DNA of 64,000 nucleotides from the NCBI GenBank assembly GCA_003696625.1, contig RFGR01000023.1:8298-72297 (forward strand). The letters are read 5' to 3'. Source of the DNA: Planctomycetota bacterium (GTDB lineage Bacteria; Planctomycetota; UBA1135). A model generated the notes under the pieces. It was given only the letters and a program-made list of their open reading frames with translations, was not told the DNA's origin and did no database searches. The position numbers were made by a program, and so were the translations under genes. Positions within the stretch are counted from its first letter, which is position 1. Each line of letters opens with the position of its first letter. This document shows positions 48,601-56,104 of the stretch, in pieces.

Positions 48601-51600
48601 CCGGCTGCAGGTTCTTGGCCCGCATGAACTCCTGGGCCTCGGCCCCGGCCAGGCGGGCGGTCAGGTGGCGGAGCAGGAAGTTGGCCTCGCTGCGGTTGGT
48701 GCAGTCGTTGATCCGCTGCAGCAAGGCGACCACGTCGCGCAGTCGTCGGACCGGGCGCAGGTCGGTGCGGTCTGGGTCGAAGCGGAAGATCAGCTCCTCG
48801 AGATCGACGACCTCTCCCTGGAAGCCGCCGCGGGCGAGCAGGGCGGCGTCGGTCAGGATCGCCCCCGGCTGCGGCACCCAGGAGTCGATCGCGCGCACCT
48901 CGCCGCCCTGGACGACGTGAAGGATGCACTCGCCGTCCACGATCCAGGGCATGAGCAGACCCTCGCCGCGATAGAAGCGGTTGTTGACCAGGCCGAGCGG
49001 CCGCTCCCGCCGGGCCAGCGCGCTCTTCAGCTCCAGGTAGGCGCGGAGGGCCCGCCGCTGCTCCTTGTCGCCGCCACGCAGCCAGGCCCGCTCGAAGTCG
49101 CGCTCGACCTCGACCAAGCGCGCGACCTCCTCGGCGCTGAAGGCGGTTGGCAGCAGGCCGGCCGTGTCCTCTGGGGCCGGCGGTTCCGAGGCGGACGGGG
49201 TTTCGGGCGCCGGCGCCGGCGGCGCCTCGCGGCGGGCGGCCGTGATCGCGGCCACCGCCCGCTCGAGCGACTCGGCCGGCAGGCTGCGCCGGTCCTCGAG
49301 CACGGTCCGGGCCAGGCGTCCGGCCGCCTCCGGGCCGGACGGCAGATGGCCGACGGCCAGCAGAGCCGCGGCGGCGGCGGCGGCCGCGCCGTCGGGCTCG
49401 GCGGCGGCGGCCAGTTCCCGGCCGACCGCCTCCTCGATCTCCGACCGCCGGTCGGCCAGGGCCGGGAATTCGCCGACCAGCTCGTCGAGCACCGCCCGGG
49501 CGCGGGCGGCCTCGTCCAGCCCTGCCGGCGGCGCGGCCGGCGTCGGAGCCGGCGGGGCGCCCCCGCCGGCCGCCGTCTCGACCTCGTAGAGGCCGGCGAT
49601 CGCTCGCAACTCCTCATGCAGCACACCGCCCTTGGCCGCCAGGGCGGCGGCGGCGGTGCGGAGGGCGGCGACGGCGTCCTCGAAGGTCGGACCGGCCGGC
49701 TCGACGCCCTGGGCCGAAGCGAAGCGCTCGATCAGCGCCAGCATTTCCTCCCGCAGCAGCTCGTAGAGTTCCTTGCCGCGCAGGTGCGCCGCCGCCCGGG
49801 CCAGCGCCAGCGAGGCGGACAGGATCGCGTTCATGCCCAGGTTCTGCTTGCGCTGCATGACCCGAATCCGATCCGCCGGACCGGCGTCGGCGGCGATTTT
49901 TCCGCGCTGCCGGGCGACTTCGAGTTCCAGCCCGAGCAGGGCGCGGTCGATGTCGACCAGGCCGAGGCGGGCCGGATCCTGGCCCTGGAAGCGCGGGGCG
50001 ATCCGTTCGAGGACGTTTTCGACCGCGGTCAGGCAGCCCTTGCCCTGGTAGCGTTGGGCGCGGCGGAACAGTTCGGCCAGGTCGGGATCCTCGGCGCGAC
50101 GGATCTCCGGCTCCTCGACCTCTTTGCGGAAGGCGAAGACTCCGGGTTCGGTCTCCTCGAACAGCTCGCGGTGGCGGGTGATCACCTCGCGGTGCTCGGC
50201 CCCTTCGATCACCGAATCGACCAGGTGGATCGCCTCACCCTCGCCGGCCGAGGTGCCGAGCGGGGTGGCGCCGCGGAAGCGCAGGCCGACCCCGGCTCCG
50301 GCCAGCTCGAGATCGACCTGGGCGCCGACGGTCGGGATGCCGGCGTTGGTCGGCTCCTCCCAGGCGCGCAGGCCGCGGACCCGGGCGGCGCCGGCGGCCG
50401 GCGGCGTCCGGTCGCCCTCGTCCCCGATCCGCAGCATGGTCTCGGTCACGGCCTGGTACTTGACCAGCCGCTCGGTGTTGGCGCCGCCGCCGCACTTCAA
50501 CCCGAGGGCGTTGGCGGCCAGGGCGATCTGGGCCTCCATGTCGTCGTTCGGGCTCTTCGAGCGGTGCGAGACCACCAGCTCCTGGTTCTTGCCGAGGGCG
50601 ACCAGCATCGCCAGCAGGGTCTCGTACAAGGTGCCGATCTGGTTGGCCTTGATCAGGGCGGCGTTGCACAGTCCCTGGTCGGCGGCGCGCTCGATGGTGC
50701 CGTCGTTGGTCGTCACCAGGTCGTCGCCGATGATGAAGATGCGGTCGCCGAGGCGGGCGCGGATGTTCTTCCAGCCCTGGTCGTCGTGCTCGGAGAAGGC
50801 GTCCTCGATCGACAAGATCGGGATCTCGTACTCCTCGATCGCCTTGACATAGAGTTCGAGGACGGCGTCGCGGTCGAGCACGGTCTTGGCCTTGTCGCGC
50901 CAGAACAGGTACATGCCGACCGCGTCCGGTTGGTTGAACTCCCGGCGGTAGGCGATCTCCAGCTCGCTCAGGGCCGGGTCGAGGGCGATGGCGACGTCCG
51001 TGCCCGGACGCAGGCCGCACTCCTCGATCGCCTGCTTGAGCATCGCCCACAGCCGCAGCTCCGGTACCGGATAGGGGCCCTTCTCGATGTAGGGCGCCAG
51101 GCCGCCCTCGAGGCCGATCCCCATCACCCGACAGCCTTCCTCGTTCTCGATGATCTCCTTGAGGCGGGTCTGGAGGCGGATGGTCGTCTCCTGCGCTTCC
51201 TGGTAGTCGGCGGCGCCGAGGATCAGGAACATCGCCTCCTGCATCGAGATGTTCGATTCGGGGTATTCCTTCTCAGTGTGCCGGCCGCCCATGCCGCAGT
51301 TGCGGAACTGCCAGGGCGCGGTCACCGGCCCGAGCAGGGGATGGACCGCCCGCTGCATCCGGTTGGCGAGCATGTGCTGCTTCATCTCGGCGGCCCGGGC
51401 CGACCAGCCGGAGGCCTTCTCGACCTCGGCGGCTTTCTCCCGCGCCAGCCGTTCCCGGCGCTGGAATTCGCGATACTTGCCCGGGTCGGCGAGCAGGAAA
51501 TCGAGCAGGCCGACGGTCCCCAGGCCGAGGCAGAGACGGCCGAGGTAGAGGGCGGCCAGTGACGGCAGCAGCAGTCCGACCGCCAGCAGCAGCGCCGCCG

Positions 51601-52177
51601 GCGGCAGGAAGCACAGCGCCAGGTTGCGGCTGGCCCGCGGCCCGGCCGCCGCCACCGCCAGGTTGTAGGGAGCGTCCGGGTAGTAGTTCAGGCCCTCCTT
51701 CTTGACCCCGTCGGCCTTACCCCAGGGGATGCGCAGGAACAGGCCGAAGAGGAACAGCAGCCGGCCGAGCCCCTTCTTCTCCAGCCCCGGGCGGACCCGC
51801 TCCATCGCCGCGTCGTTGAGCGCGTTCAGGCGGGCGGCGGTCAGGAAATGGCCGAGTTCGTGCCAGGCCACGCCGGTGTGGAAGGTGATCAGCACGAACA
51901 GCGCCGAGACCAGCGTCTCCGGGCTGAGGAAGATGAAGCGCAACACCTCGCCGCGCGGGATCTCGCCCAGGGGCAGCGCCAACACCGAGGAGATGAAGGC
52001 GACGTGGAAGGCGACCAGGATGTGGTTCGCGATCACCCAGCCCTCGTGCAGGGCGGCCCGTTCGGGGCCGTGGGCGCGGGCACGGAGGAAGCGGAGGGAA
52101 GTCAGGGGATTCCGGCGGCCGGCCATGGCGCGAATCGATCGTGAAGGGGGGAAGGGGCGCCCGGGGAGGACCGTCAT
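45680..52177 (-). CDS. Giant membrane-anchored multidomain protein: HExxH membrane domain, circularly permuted enolase, about 850-aa helical region, PPDK/PpsA-type ATP-grasp and phosphohistidine swivel domain
   Basis: See finding 1. Motifs are WHELGH; SIEDAF, IGDDLVTTN, LIKANQIG and SHRS (enolase barrel); PLGTSAGEGEAIHL and YQGKGCLTAVENV (enolase N domain); YYGGKGSSL and EVEFTVERGVLSVLQCR (PPDK N domain); VKGGSTAHAAV (His domain). Start is 52177 or the ATG at 52126. Confidence 0.85.
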   Translation of the reverse strand: MTVLPGRPFPPSRSIRAMAGRRNPLTSLRFLRARAHGPERAALHEGWVIANHILVAFHVAFISSVLALPLGEIPRGEVLRFIFLSPETLVSALFVLITFHTGVAWHELGHFLTAARLNALNDAAMERVRPGLEKKGLGRLLFLFGLFLRIPWGKADGVKKEGLNYYPDAPYNLAVAAAGPRASRNLALCFLPPAALLLAVGLLLPSLAALYLGRLCLGLGTVGLLDFLLADPGKYREFQRRERLAREKAAEVEKASGWSARAAEMKQHMLANRMQRAVHPLLGPVTAPWQFRNCGMGGRHTEKEYPESNISMQEAMFLILGAADYQEAQETTIRLQTRLKEIIENEEGCRVMGIGLEGGLAPYIEKGPYPVPELRLWAMLKQAIEECGLRPGTDVAIALDPALSELEIAYRREFNQPDAVGMYLFWRDKAKTVLDRDAVLELYVKAIEEYEIPILSIEDAFSEHDDQGWKNIRARLGDRIFIIGDDLVTTNDGTIERAADQGLCNAALIKANQIGTLYETLLAMLVALGKNQELVVSHRSKSPNDDMEAQIALAANALGLKCGGGANTERLVKYQAVTETMLRIGDEGDRTPPAAGAARVRGLRAWEEPTNAGIPTVGAQVDLELAGAGVGLRFRGATPLGTSAGEGEAIHLVDSVIEGAEHREVITRHRELFEETEPGVFAFRKEVEEPEIRRAEDPDLAELFRRAQRYQGKGCLTAVENVLERIAPRFQGQDPARLGLVDIDRALLGLELEVARQRGKIAADAGPADRIRVMQRKQNLGMNAILSASLALARAAAHLRGKELYELLREEMLALIERFASAQGVEPAGPTFEDAVAALRTAAAALAAKGGVLHEELRAIAGLYEVETAAGGGAPPAPTPAAPPAGLDEAARARAVLDELVGEFPALADRRSEIEEAVGRELAAAAEPDGAAAAAAAALLAVGHLPSGPEAAGRLARTVLEDRRSLPAESLERAVAAITAARREAPPAPAPETPSASEPPAPEDTAGLLPTAFSAEEVARLVEVERDFERAWLRGGDKEQRRALRAYLELKSALARRERPLGLVNNRFYRGEGLLMPWIVDGECILHVVQGGEVRAIDSWVPQPGAILTDAALLARGGFQGEVVDLEELIFRFDPDRTDLRPVRRLRDVVALLQRINDCTNRSEANFLLRHLTARLAGAEAQEFMRAKNLQPELRNLERQLSRFLEGPLCHRLSFLTRVMVRNLSALLGQPKVIDRVWNATIDLAEVQVRGSAIVNEIRRSSHHALGDRTLEMVKAYRSWLADGDPAPLAAVGLPAPGPADERARSLPQVRGLMEVLVDDLARLLGQAEVVERLRSWQETYADALLRCRFGHLVDDEVAALVSDGIRERNRWSYLHHLRILREKAEEFAADGGPGAAFLAELAELERCHPEVEGFDPEAAEQRLKQAAADFTAGVRAVHQDGLFHDLERAVGLYEEGEWFEAFRCLAELRASLIEPRRGGGFRLQAFLASQLDCLLEEIGYLSLRHLAARFAEQGVDLEQCLEVIRLCAHNLRFAGLQSRDLADLAELLAAPGRGGKELLNALGAISRGYHMVLQRVTAPFEALREKLGLDPDRLRGVLANLQRYMHDLNSMAAFADLAGAWLRESGAGAACAGNGGPLPEAPVLHLSDRAAIAAEIERHERGRCVRDYYGGKGSSLLYISYLNIPTRDGFVLPTTIGRARRRGRGPDLAELVEEHLQRLEADLERRDGVARRLGDEESPLLLAVRGGSVFSMPGILDTVLFLGMNRAITERLAREEDGPWRAWDCYRRFLGALAFDFWRLDLETHGLVDAAKKRYGVANKSDLPWEALREVADQMEAAIRDAGHGEELDRLLAEPRRQLLAAVEAVLASWDAETTRRYRELKDYCDTWHTAVVVQEMAFGNYPNEEIRPGMDEAAASLTGVVSRTRIDERGLRELVGDIKFSAAGEDLVGGVTRSFLPIASLDETMPLLEARLRHIVAKLRRFFGTDQEVEFTVERGVLSVLQCRTAAAGIGQVVRELVDPGDPLTRGIGVCGGGFRGLVAFSPEGLAELEPVAAEREDVDGVLLVLENPAPEDIPFILSAQGLMTVKGGSTAHAAVAANGLVGRSYSAVMSVNGLEIRPGGGARIMPPGGGEPVELRQGEVLTIHGRTGEVFLGGRELAPPAG

Positions 52178-52231
52178 TCTAGGCCGGCGGCCCCGATCCC
52201 TCCGCCGGCGGCGGGCCTAAGATGAGGCGAC

Positions 52232-53344
52232 ATGGCGGAGATCCGGCTCGACCAGGTGGCCAAGGTCTACCCCGGCGGCGTCCGGGCGGTGGACCGCGTG
52301 GACCTGGTCGTGGCCGACGGCGAGTTCGTCGTCCTGGTCGGCCCCTCCGGCTGCGGCAAATCCACCACCCTGCGGATGGTCGCCGGCCTCGAGGAGATTT
52401 CGGAGGGCACGATCGCGATCGATGGCCGGGTGGTGAACGAGGTGCCGCCCAAGGACCGCGACATCGCCATGGTCTTCCAGAACTACGCTCTCTATCCCCA
52501 CATGACGGTGCGCCGGAACCTGGCCTTCGGCCTCGAGCGCCGCCGGCGCCATCGCGGCCTTCTGGCCCGGTTCGGTGCCGCCGCCCGAACCGAGCGGGCG
52601 GCGATCGAACGCCGGATCGAGGAGACGGCCGCGCTGCTCGGCATCGCCGCCCTGCTCGAGCGCAAGCCGGGCCAGCTCTCCGGCGGCCAGCGCCAGCGGG
52701 TGGCGGTCGGGCGGGCGATCGTGCGCGACCCCGCCGCCTTCCTCTTCGACGAGCCGCTCAGCAACCTCGACGCCAAGCTGCGGGTGGAGATGCGCGCCGA
52801 GCTGAAGGCGCTGCACCGCCGCCTCGGCGCCACCACCCTCTACGTGACCCACGACCAGGAGGAGGCGATGACGCTCGGCGATCGCCTGGTCGTGATGAAG
52901 GACGGCGTGGTCCAGCAGGTGGCGCCGCCGGCCGAGGTCTACGACCGGCCGGCCAACCGCTTCGTCGCCGGCTTCGTCGGCACGCCGCCGATGAACTTCC
53001 TGGCTGGGCGGCTGGAGGCGGCGGACGGTTGCCTGCGGCCGGCGCCGGGCGGCGACGAAGTGATCGGCCTGCGGCCGGACGCGCTCGCGCCGCTCGCGCC
53101 CGGCGCCGCGCCGCCGCCGGGCCGGATCCTGCTCGAGGGCGAGGTCGTGACCATCGATCACCTCGGCGACCGGGCCGACGTCTTCTTCCGCCTGGACGGC
53201 CGGGAGGGCCTGTTCATCTGCCGCGCCCCGGCCCGGCCGCCGGTGGCGGAGGGCGCCCGCGCCCGCTTCACCGCCGATCCGGCCGCCGCCCACCGCTTCG
53301 CCGCCGGGGAGACCGGCGCGCGGCTGGGATCAGCGTCCCCCTGA
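52232..53344 (+). CDS. Sugar ABC transporter ATP-binding protein (MalK/UgpC/MsmX type)
   Basis: Walker [11 protein letters not shown]-loop, signature LSGGQRQRV, Walker [12 protein letters not shown] and a C-terminal TOBE-like region. Confidence 0.9.
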   Translation: MAEIRLDQVAKVYPGGVRAVDRVDLVVADGEFVVLVGPSGCGKSTTLRMVAGLEEISEGTIAIDGRVVNEVPPKDRDIAMVFQNYALYPHMTVRRNLAFGLERRRRHRGLLARFGAAARTERAAIERRIEETAALLGIAALLERKPGQLSGGQRQRVAVGRAIVRDPAAFLFDEPLSNLDAKLRVEMRAELKALHRRLGATTLYVTHDQEEAMTLGDRLVVMKDGVVQQVAPPAEVYDRPANRFVAGFVGTPPMNFLAGRLEAADGCLRPAPGGDEVIGLRPDALAPLAPGAAPPPGRILLEGEVVTIDHLGDRADVFFRLDGREGLFICRAPARPPVAEGARARFTADPAAAHRFAAGETGARLGSASP

Positions 53345-55342
53345 CGGCATCGGCGGCCCACATTGCTGGACCTCGATCTCCTGGACCGGGGCGGAGCCGA
53401 CGACCCAGGTCTGGTCCGAGAAGGCCTCCTGGATCCGGCTGCCGGCGGGGACGCCGTGGATGACGAAGTTCCCTTCAGCGTCGCAGACGGTACCGAGGCA
53501 GTTGAAGGCGTTCCAGGGCATTCCGCGCCACTCGCGGATGCTGAAGCCGATGATCTTGAGTCGCGCGAGTTCCTCCGGCGGACCAAGGTAACGACCGGCC
53601 AGGGTGACACCTGGCCGGGTCCGGACGACCTGATCCAGGCCGCCGGGGGGAACCGTCATCACCTCCAGGGCGGACGGGAGCGGTCCCCTCTCGAGGGGGA
53701 GCCGGCCATCCGGCAAGAGCACGAACTGGTATCGGCCGGCCGGGATCTCGCCAGCGATGGTCTCCTCGGCCGACCGGACCTGGAACGAGCCCTTGAGCAG
53801 GGGGAGGTCTTCCCCAGGACGGATGAAGTGCCAATGGTAGGTGATACCGACCGAGGAATCCGGGAAGCCGACGGTGAGGCGGACCGAAGCGAGGTCGGTG
53901 TCCACCGGCATCGAGAACTCGAGCAGCCGGCCATCCCCGATCTCGTAGGACCGATTGTCCGATGGATTCGCGAACCGCGCCCGCTCGGGCAGCGCCTCAT
54001 CGAGGGCGGGCCATGGCCGGCGCAGGATGTTCCAGCGTCCCGGCTCCATTCCCAGGATCTTGTTCCTCCGCCCGACGGGGAAGGGAACCGCACCGACGAA
54101 TCCGGCCAGCGGATCGGGGAAGCCCCGAAGTGGAGCCAGGTTGAACTCCGGCCAGGACTCCGGCGGCCCCGGCTCGATCCCGATCTCGGCCCCGCTCTGA
54201 TCCACGAGGAAGGGATGGAAGACCACGGGTGCCGACACGGCCGGAACGACCAGGCCGAGGTCGGAGCCCCAGCCGGAGCCGACCTCGGCGAGTCGGGCGG
54301 CGATGCACCAGGTGTCCCCTGCCTGCCAGAGCCCATCCACCCGGTATTCCCCCGGCGCGAGTCCGGCGAAGACGAACTCGCCCTCCCCGTTCGGCACGGC
54401 CCGCTGGACGAAGACCGCCCGCTGCTTTTCCCACTGGAGCCGGTACAACCTCACCAAGGAGATGCTGGCCGGACCGGGCAGGGAGGAGAGATCGAGTCGG
54501 CCGCGAATCGTTCCCGCGCCGACCAATCGAAGCCGGAGAACGACCCTGCCTCCAGGTGGCAGGTCCAACCAGTGGTCCGGGTTCTCGCTGACGAGCGGCA
54601 GCGCCGAGGCCCAGCGATACCGATCACCCGCGGGAAGGGTGACCTGGATCGGCTCCTCCCCGAGAGGGATCTGCCGGGGGATCTCGACCAGGGGCCGCCA
54701 GGACGGGGCGGTCCGCTGGGCCGCCGCCGCCAGGAAGGCTCGGACCGGTTCAGGCTGGTCCAGCCCGGAGAGCGGGTGCAGGCCCAGGACCTCGGGAGGC
54801 GGCATGAGATCGAGCGTCCTGGCCTCCTCCTCGAGCGGAAGGCTGGCGCCAGGATCGACGACCAACTCGATCTCGAGATCCGAACCGGCCGGGAAGACCA
54901 CCTCGATGTCCCGCCCCTCGGTCGCGGCTGGCCAAGCCAGGAGGAGCGGGAGGTGCCCGGGGGCGGTGACCATCGCCGCGCCGGCGGCCCCGGCCGGGAC
55001 GGACCAGTCCTTCACTGGCCCATCGCCGGGACCGGAACCGATCCGGGACGGATCGGCCAGTTCGAGCAGGACCGGCGAGGCCTCGAGCGCGGTTCCGTTC
55101 ATGTCGTCCACCCACCGGAACCGCCAAGGTCTCGGTTCCCGTTCGGTCGCGGTGCGACGAGGGGCAGGGATCTCGGGCGGCGGGGAGGCCGAAAGTTCCA
55201 CGGCCCCGACCAGAGGTGCCATCACGGGCGGAGGCCCTTCGGACCTGCCTTCTTGGCCGGCCGAGAGGATTCGCCAGGCCAGAAAGGGCAGTCCGAACAG
55301 GAAGAGGACCGCCGGGAGAAGATACCGTCGATTCGCCCTCAC
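53330..55342 (-). CDS. Membrane-anchored hypothetical protein with carboxypeptidase-regulatory-like beta-sandwich repeats
   Basis: N-terminal [19 protein letters not shown]. Segments such as GTIRGRLDL...[18 protein letters not shown] are typical of CarboxypepD_reg-like folds. Confidence 0.55.
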   Translation of the reverse strand: MRANRRYLLPAVLFLFGLPFLAWRILSAGQEGRSEGPPPVMAPLVGAVELSASPPPEIPAPRRTATEREPRPWRFRWVDDMNGTALEASPVLLELADPSRIGSGPGDGPVKDWSVPAGAAGAAMVTAPGHLPLLLAWPAATEGRDIEVVFPAGSDLEIELVVDPGASLPLEEEARTLDLMPPPEVLGLHPLSGLDQPEPVRAFLAAAAQRTAPSWRPLVEIPRQIPLGEEPIQVTLPAGDRYRWASALPLVSENPDHWLDLPPGGRVVLRLRLVGAGTIRGRLDLSSLPGPASISLVRLYRLQWEKQRAVFVQRAVPNGEGEFVFAGLAPGEYRVDGLWQAGDTWCIAARLAEVGSGWGSDLGLVVPAVSAPVVFHPFLVDQSGAEIGIEPGPPESWPEFNLAPLRGFPDPLAGFVGAVPFPVGRRNKILGMEPGRWNILRRPWPALDEALPERARFANPSDNRSYEIGDGRLLEFSMPVDTDLASVRLTVGFPDSSVGITYHWHFIRPGEDLPLLKGSFQVRSAEETIAGEIPAGRYQFVLLPDGRLPLERGPLPSALEVMTVPPGGLDQVVRTRPGVTLAGRYLGPPEELARLKIIGFSIREWRGMPWNAFNCLGTVCDAEGNFVIHGVPAGSRIQEAFSDQTWVVGSAPVQEIEVQQCGPPMPSGGR

Positions 55343-55345
55343 GGC

Positions 55346-55528
55346 TCAGTTCAGGGTGATCATCCCGTTCGCCGCCAAGTCTCCCTCCGCCGTAGCCGTG
55401 ACCACGCCGGCGAGCCAGTTTCCATCCGCTGCCACTGCACCGTGGACTGCCGGCGTGATGGTCATGTCGTAGATCTCACCCAGGGAGGTCTGGAGCACGC
55501 TCTTCGCCCCAGCAGTGGCGCCGGTCAA
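55346..55528 (-). CDS. Small hypothetical ORF (60 aa, TTG start), possibly the frameshifted C-terminus of the upstream gene
   Basis: TTGA overlap with the stop of ORF 55525..56028. Gly/Ala/Thr-rich, beta-strand-like. No independent support. Confidence 0.3.
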   Translation of the reverse strand: MTGATAGAKSVLQTSLGEIYDMTITPAVHGAVAADGNWLAGVVTATAEGDLAANGMITLN

Positions 55529-56028
55529 TCGGGATCACCGGAACCGCCTTGGGTTCCTTGGTTCGTCGCCAGTTGGATGTCTTCCTGGCCATGGGCGGTC
55601 GACCAGGAGTGCATCCTGAGATCATAGGCCCCGGATGCTTCCGGCATGCCCAGGATCGAGCCGGAGTAGGAGAAGAAGAGGTGTCCCGCGCCACTCAGGG
55701 AGCTGTTCTCGAGGATGGTGCCGGCGCCCGAGCCCGTGTATCGCCAGGTCTCGCCGCCGGTCTGGGCAACGGCGATCGAGAAGGTCATGACCGCCGCGGT
55801 CTTGTCCTGAGCGGTGGTCTCGAGTACGGCCTGGGACCGGCTGGCGTACCCCAAGGCATACACGTACCAGGATGACGACCCGGCCTCGACCTCCTGGAGG
55901 ACGGGGTCGGGGTCGTTCGACTGCCCGGTCCAGTTCGGGCCGTGGGTGAGGACCACTCCTCTGGGCACGATCTGGGCGGCGGCGGGGAGGGAGAGAACGG
56001 CGGAGCAGAGGACAGCAGACAGGATCAT
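55525..56028 (-). CDS. Secreted hypothetical protein
   Basis: ATG at 56028 gives the signal peptide MILSAVLCSAVLSLPAAAQ. No motif recognised. Confidence 0.5.
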   Translation of the reverse strand: MILSAVLCSAVLSLPAAAQIVPRGVVLTHGPNWTGQSNDPDPVLQEVEAGSSSWYVYALGYASRSQAVLETTAQDKTAAVMTFSIAVAQTGGETWRYTGSGAGTILENSSLSGAGHLFFSYSGSILGMPEASGAYDLRMHSWSTAHGQEDIQLATNQGTQGGSGDPD

Positions 56029-56104
56029 GAATGGAAGGGCGGCCACACGAGCAGCTCGGGTGGCGAAGAACCTCCCCCCCCCGTCCACGAAATCAAGGTC
56101 GGCG

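Noticed and set aside
45737-51562. Very long ORFs antisense to well-supported genes. Examples are 45737..51562 (+, 1941 aa), 42393..44786 (-), 18043..20541 (-), 34838..37357 (-), 40433..42670 (-) and 59163..61850 upstream of 60212.
   Set aside because: Their translations are Arg/Gly/Pro/Ala/Asp low-complexity strings with no recognisable motifs. The opposite strand carries clear domain signatures. Long stop-free antisense frames are expected at about 70% GC.
56074-56082. A C9 homopolymer upstream of the secreted ORF, considered as a phase-variation tract. The C8 runs at 21291-21313 were considered similarly.
   Set aside because: Short poly-C/G runs are expected by composition in this genome. 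There is no evidence of an on/off frame relationship with the downstream start.
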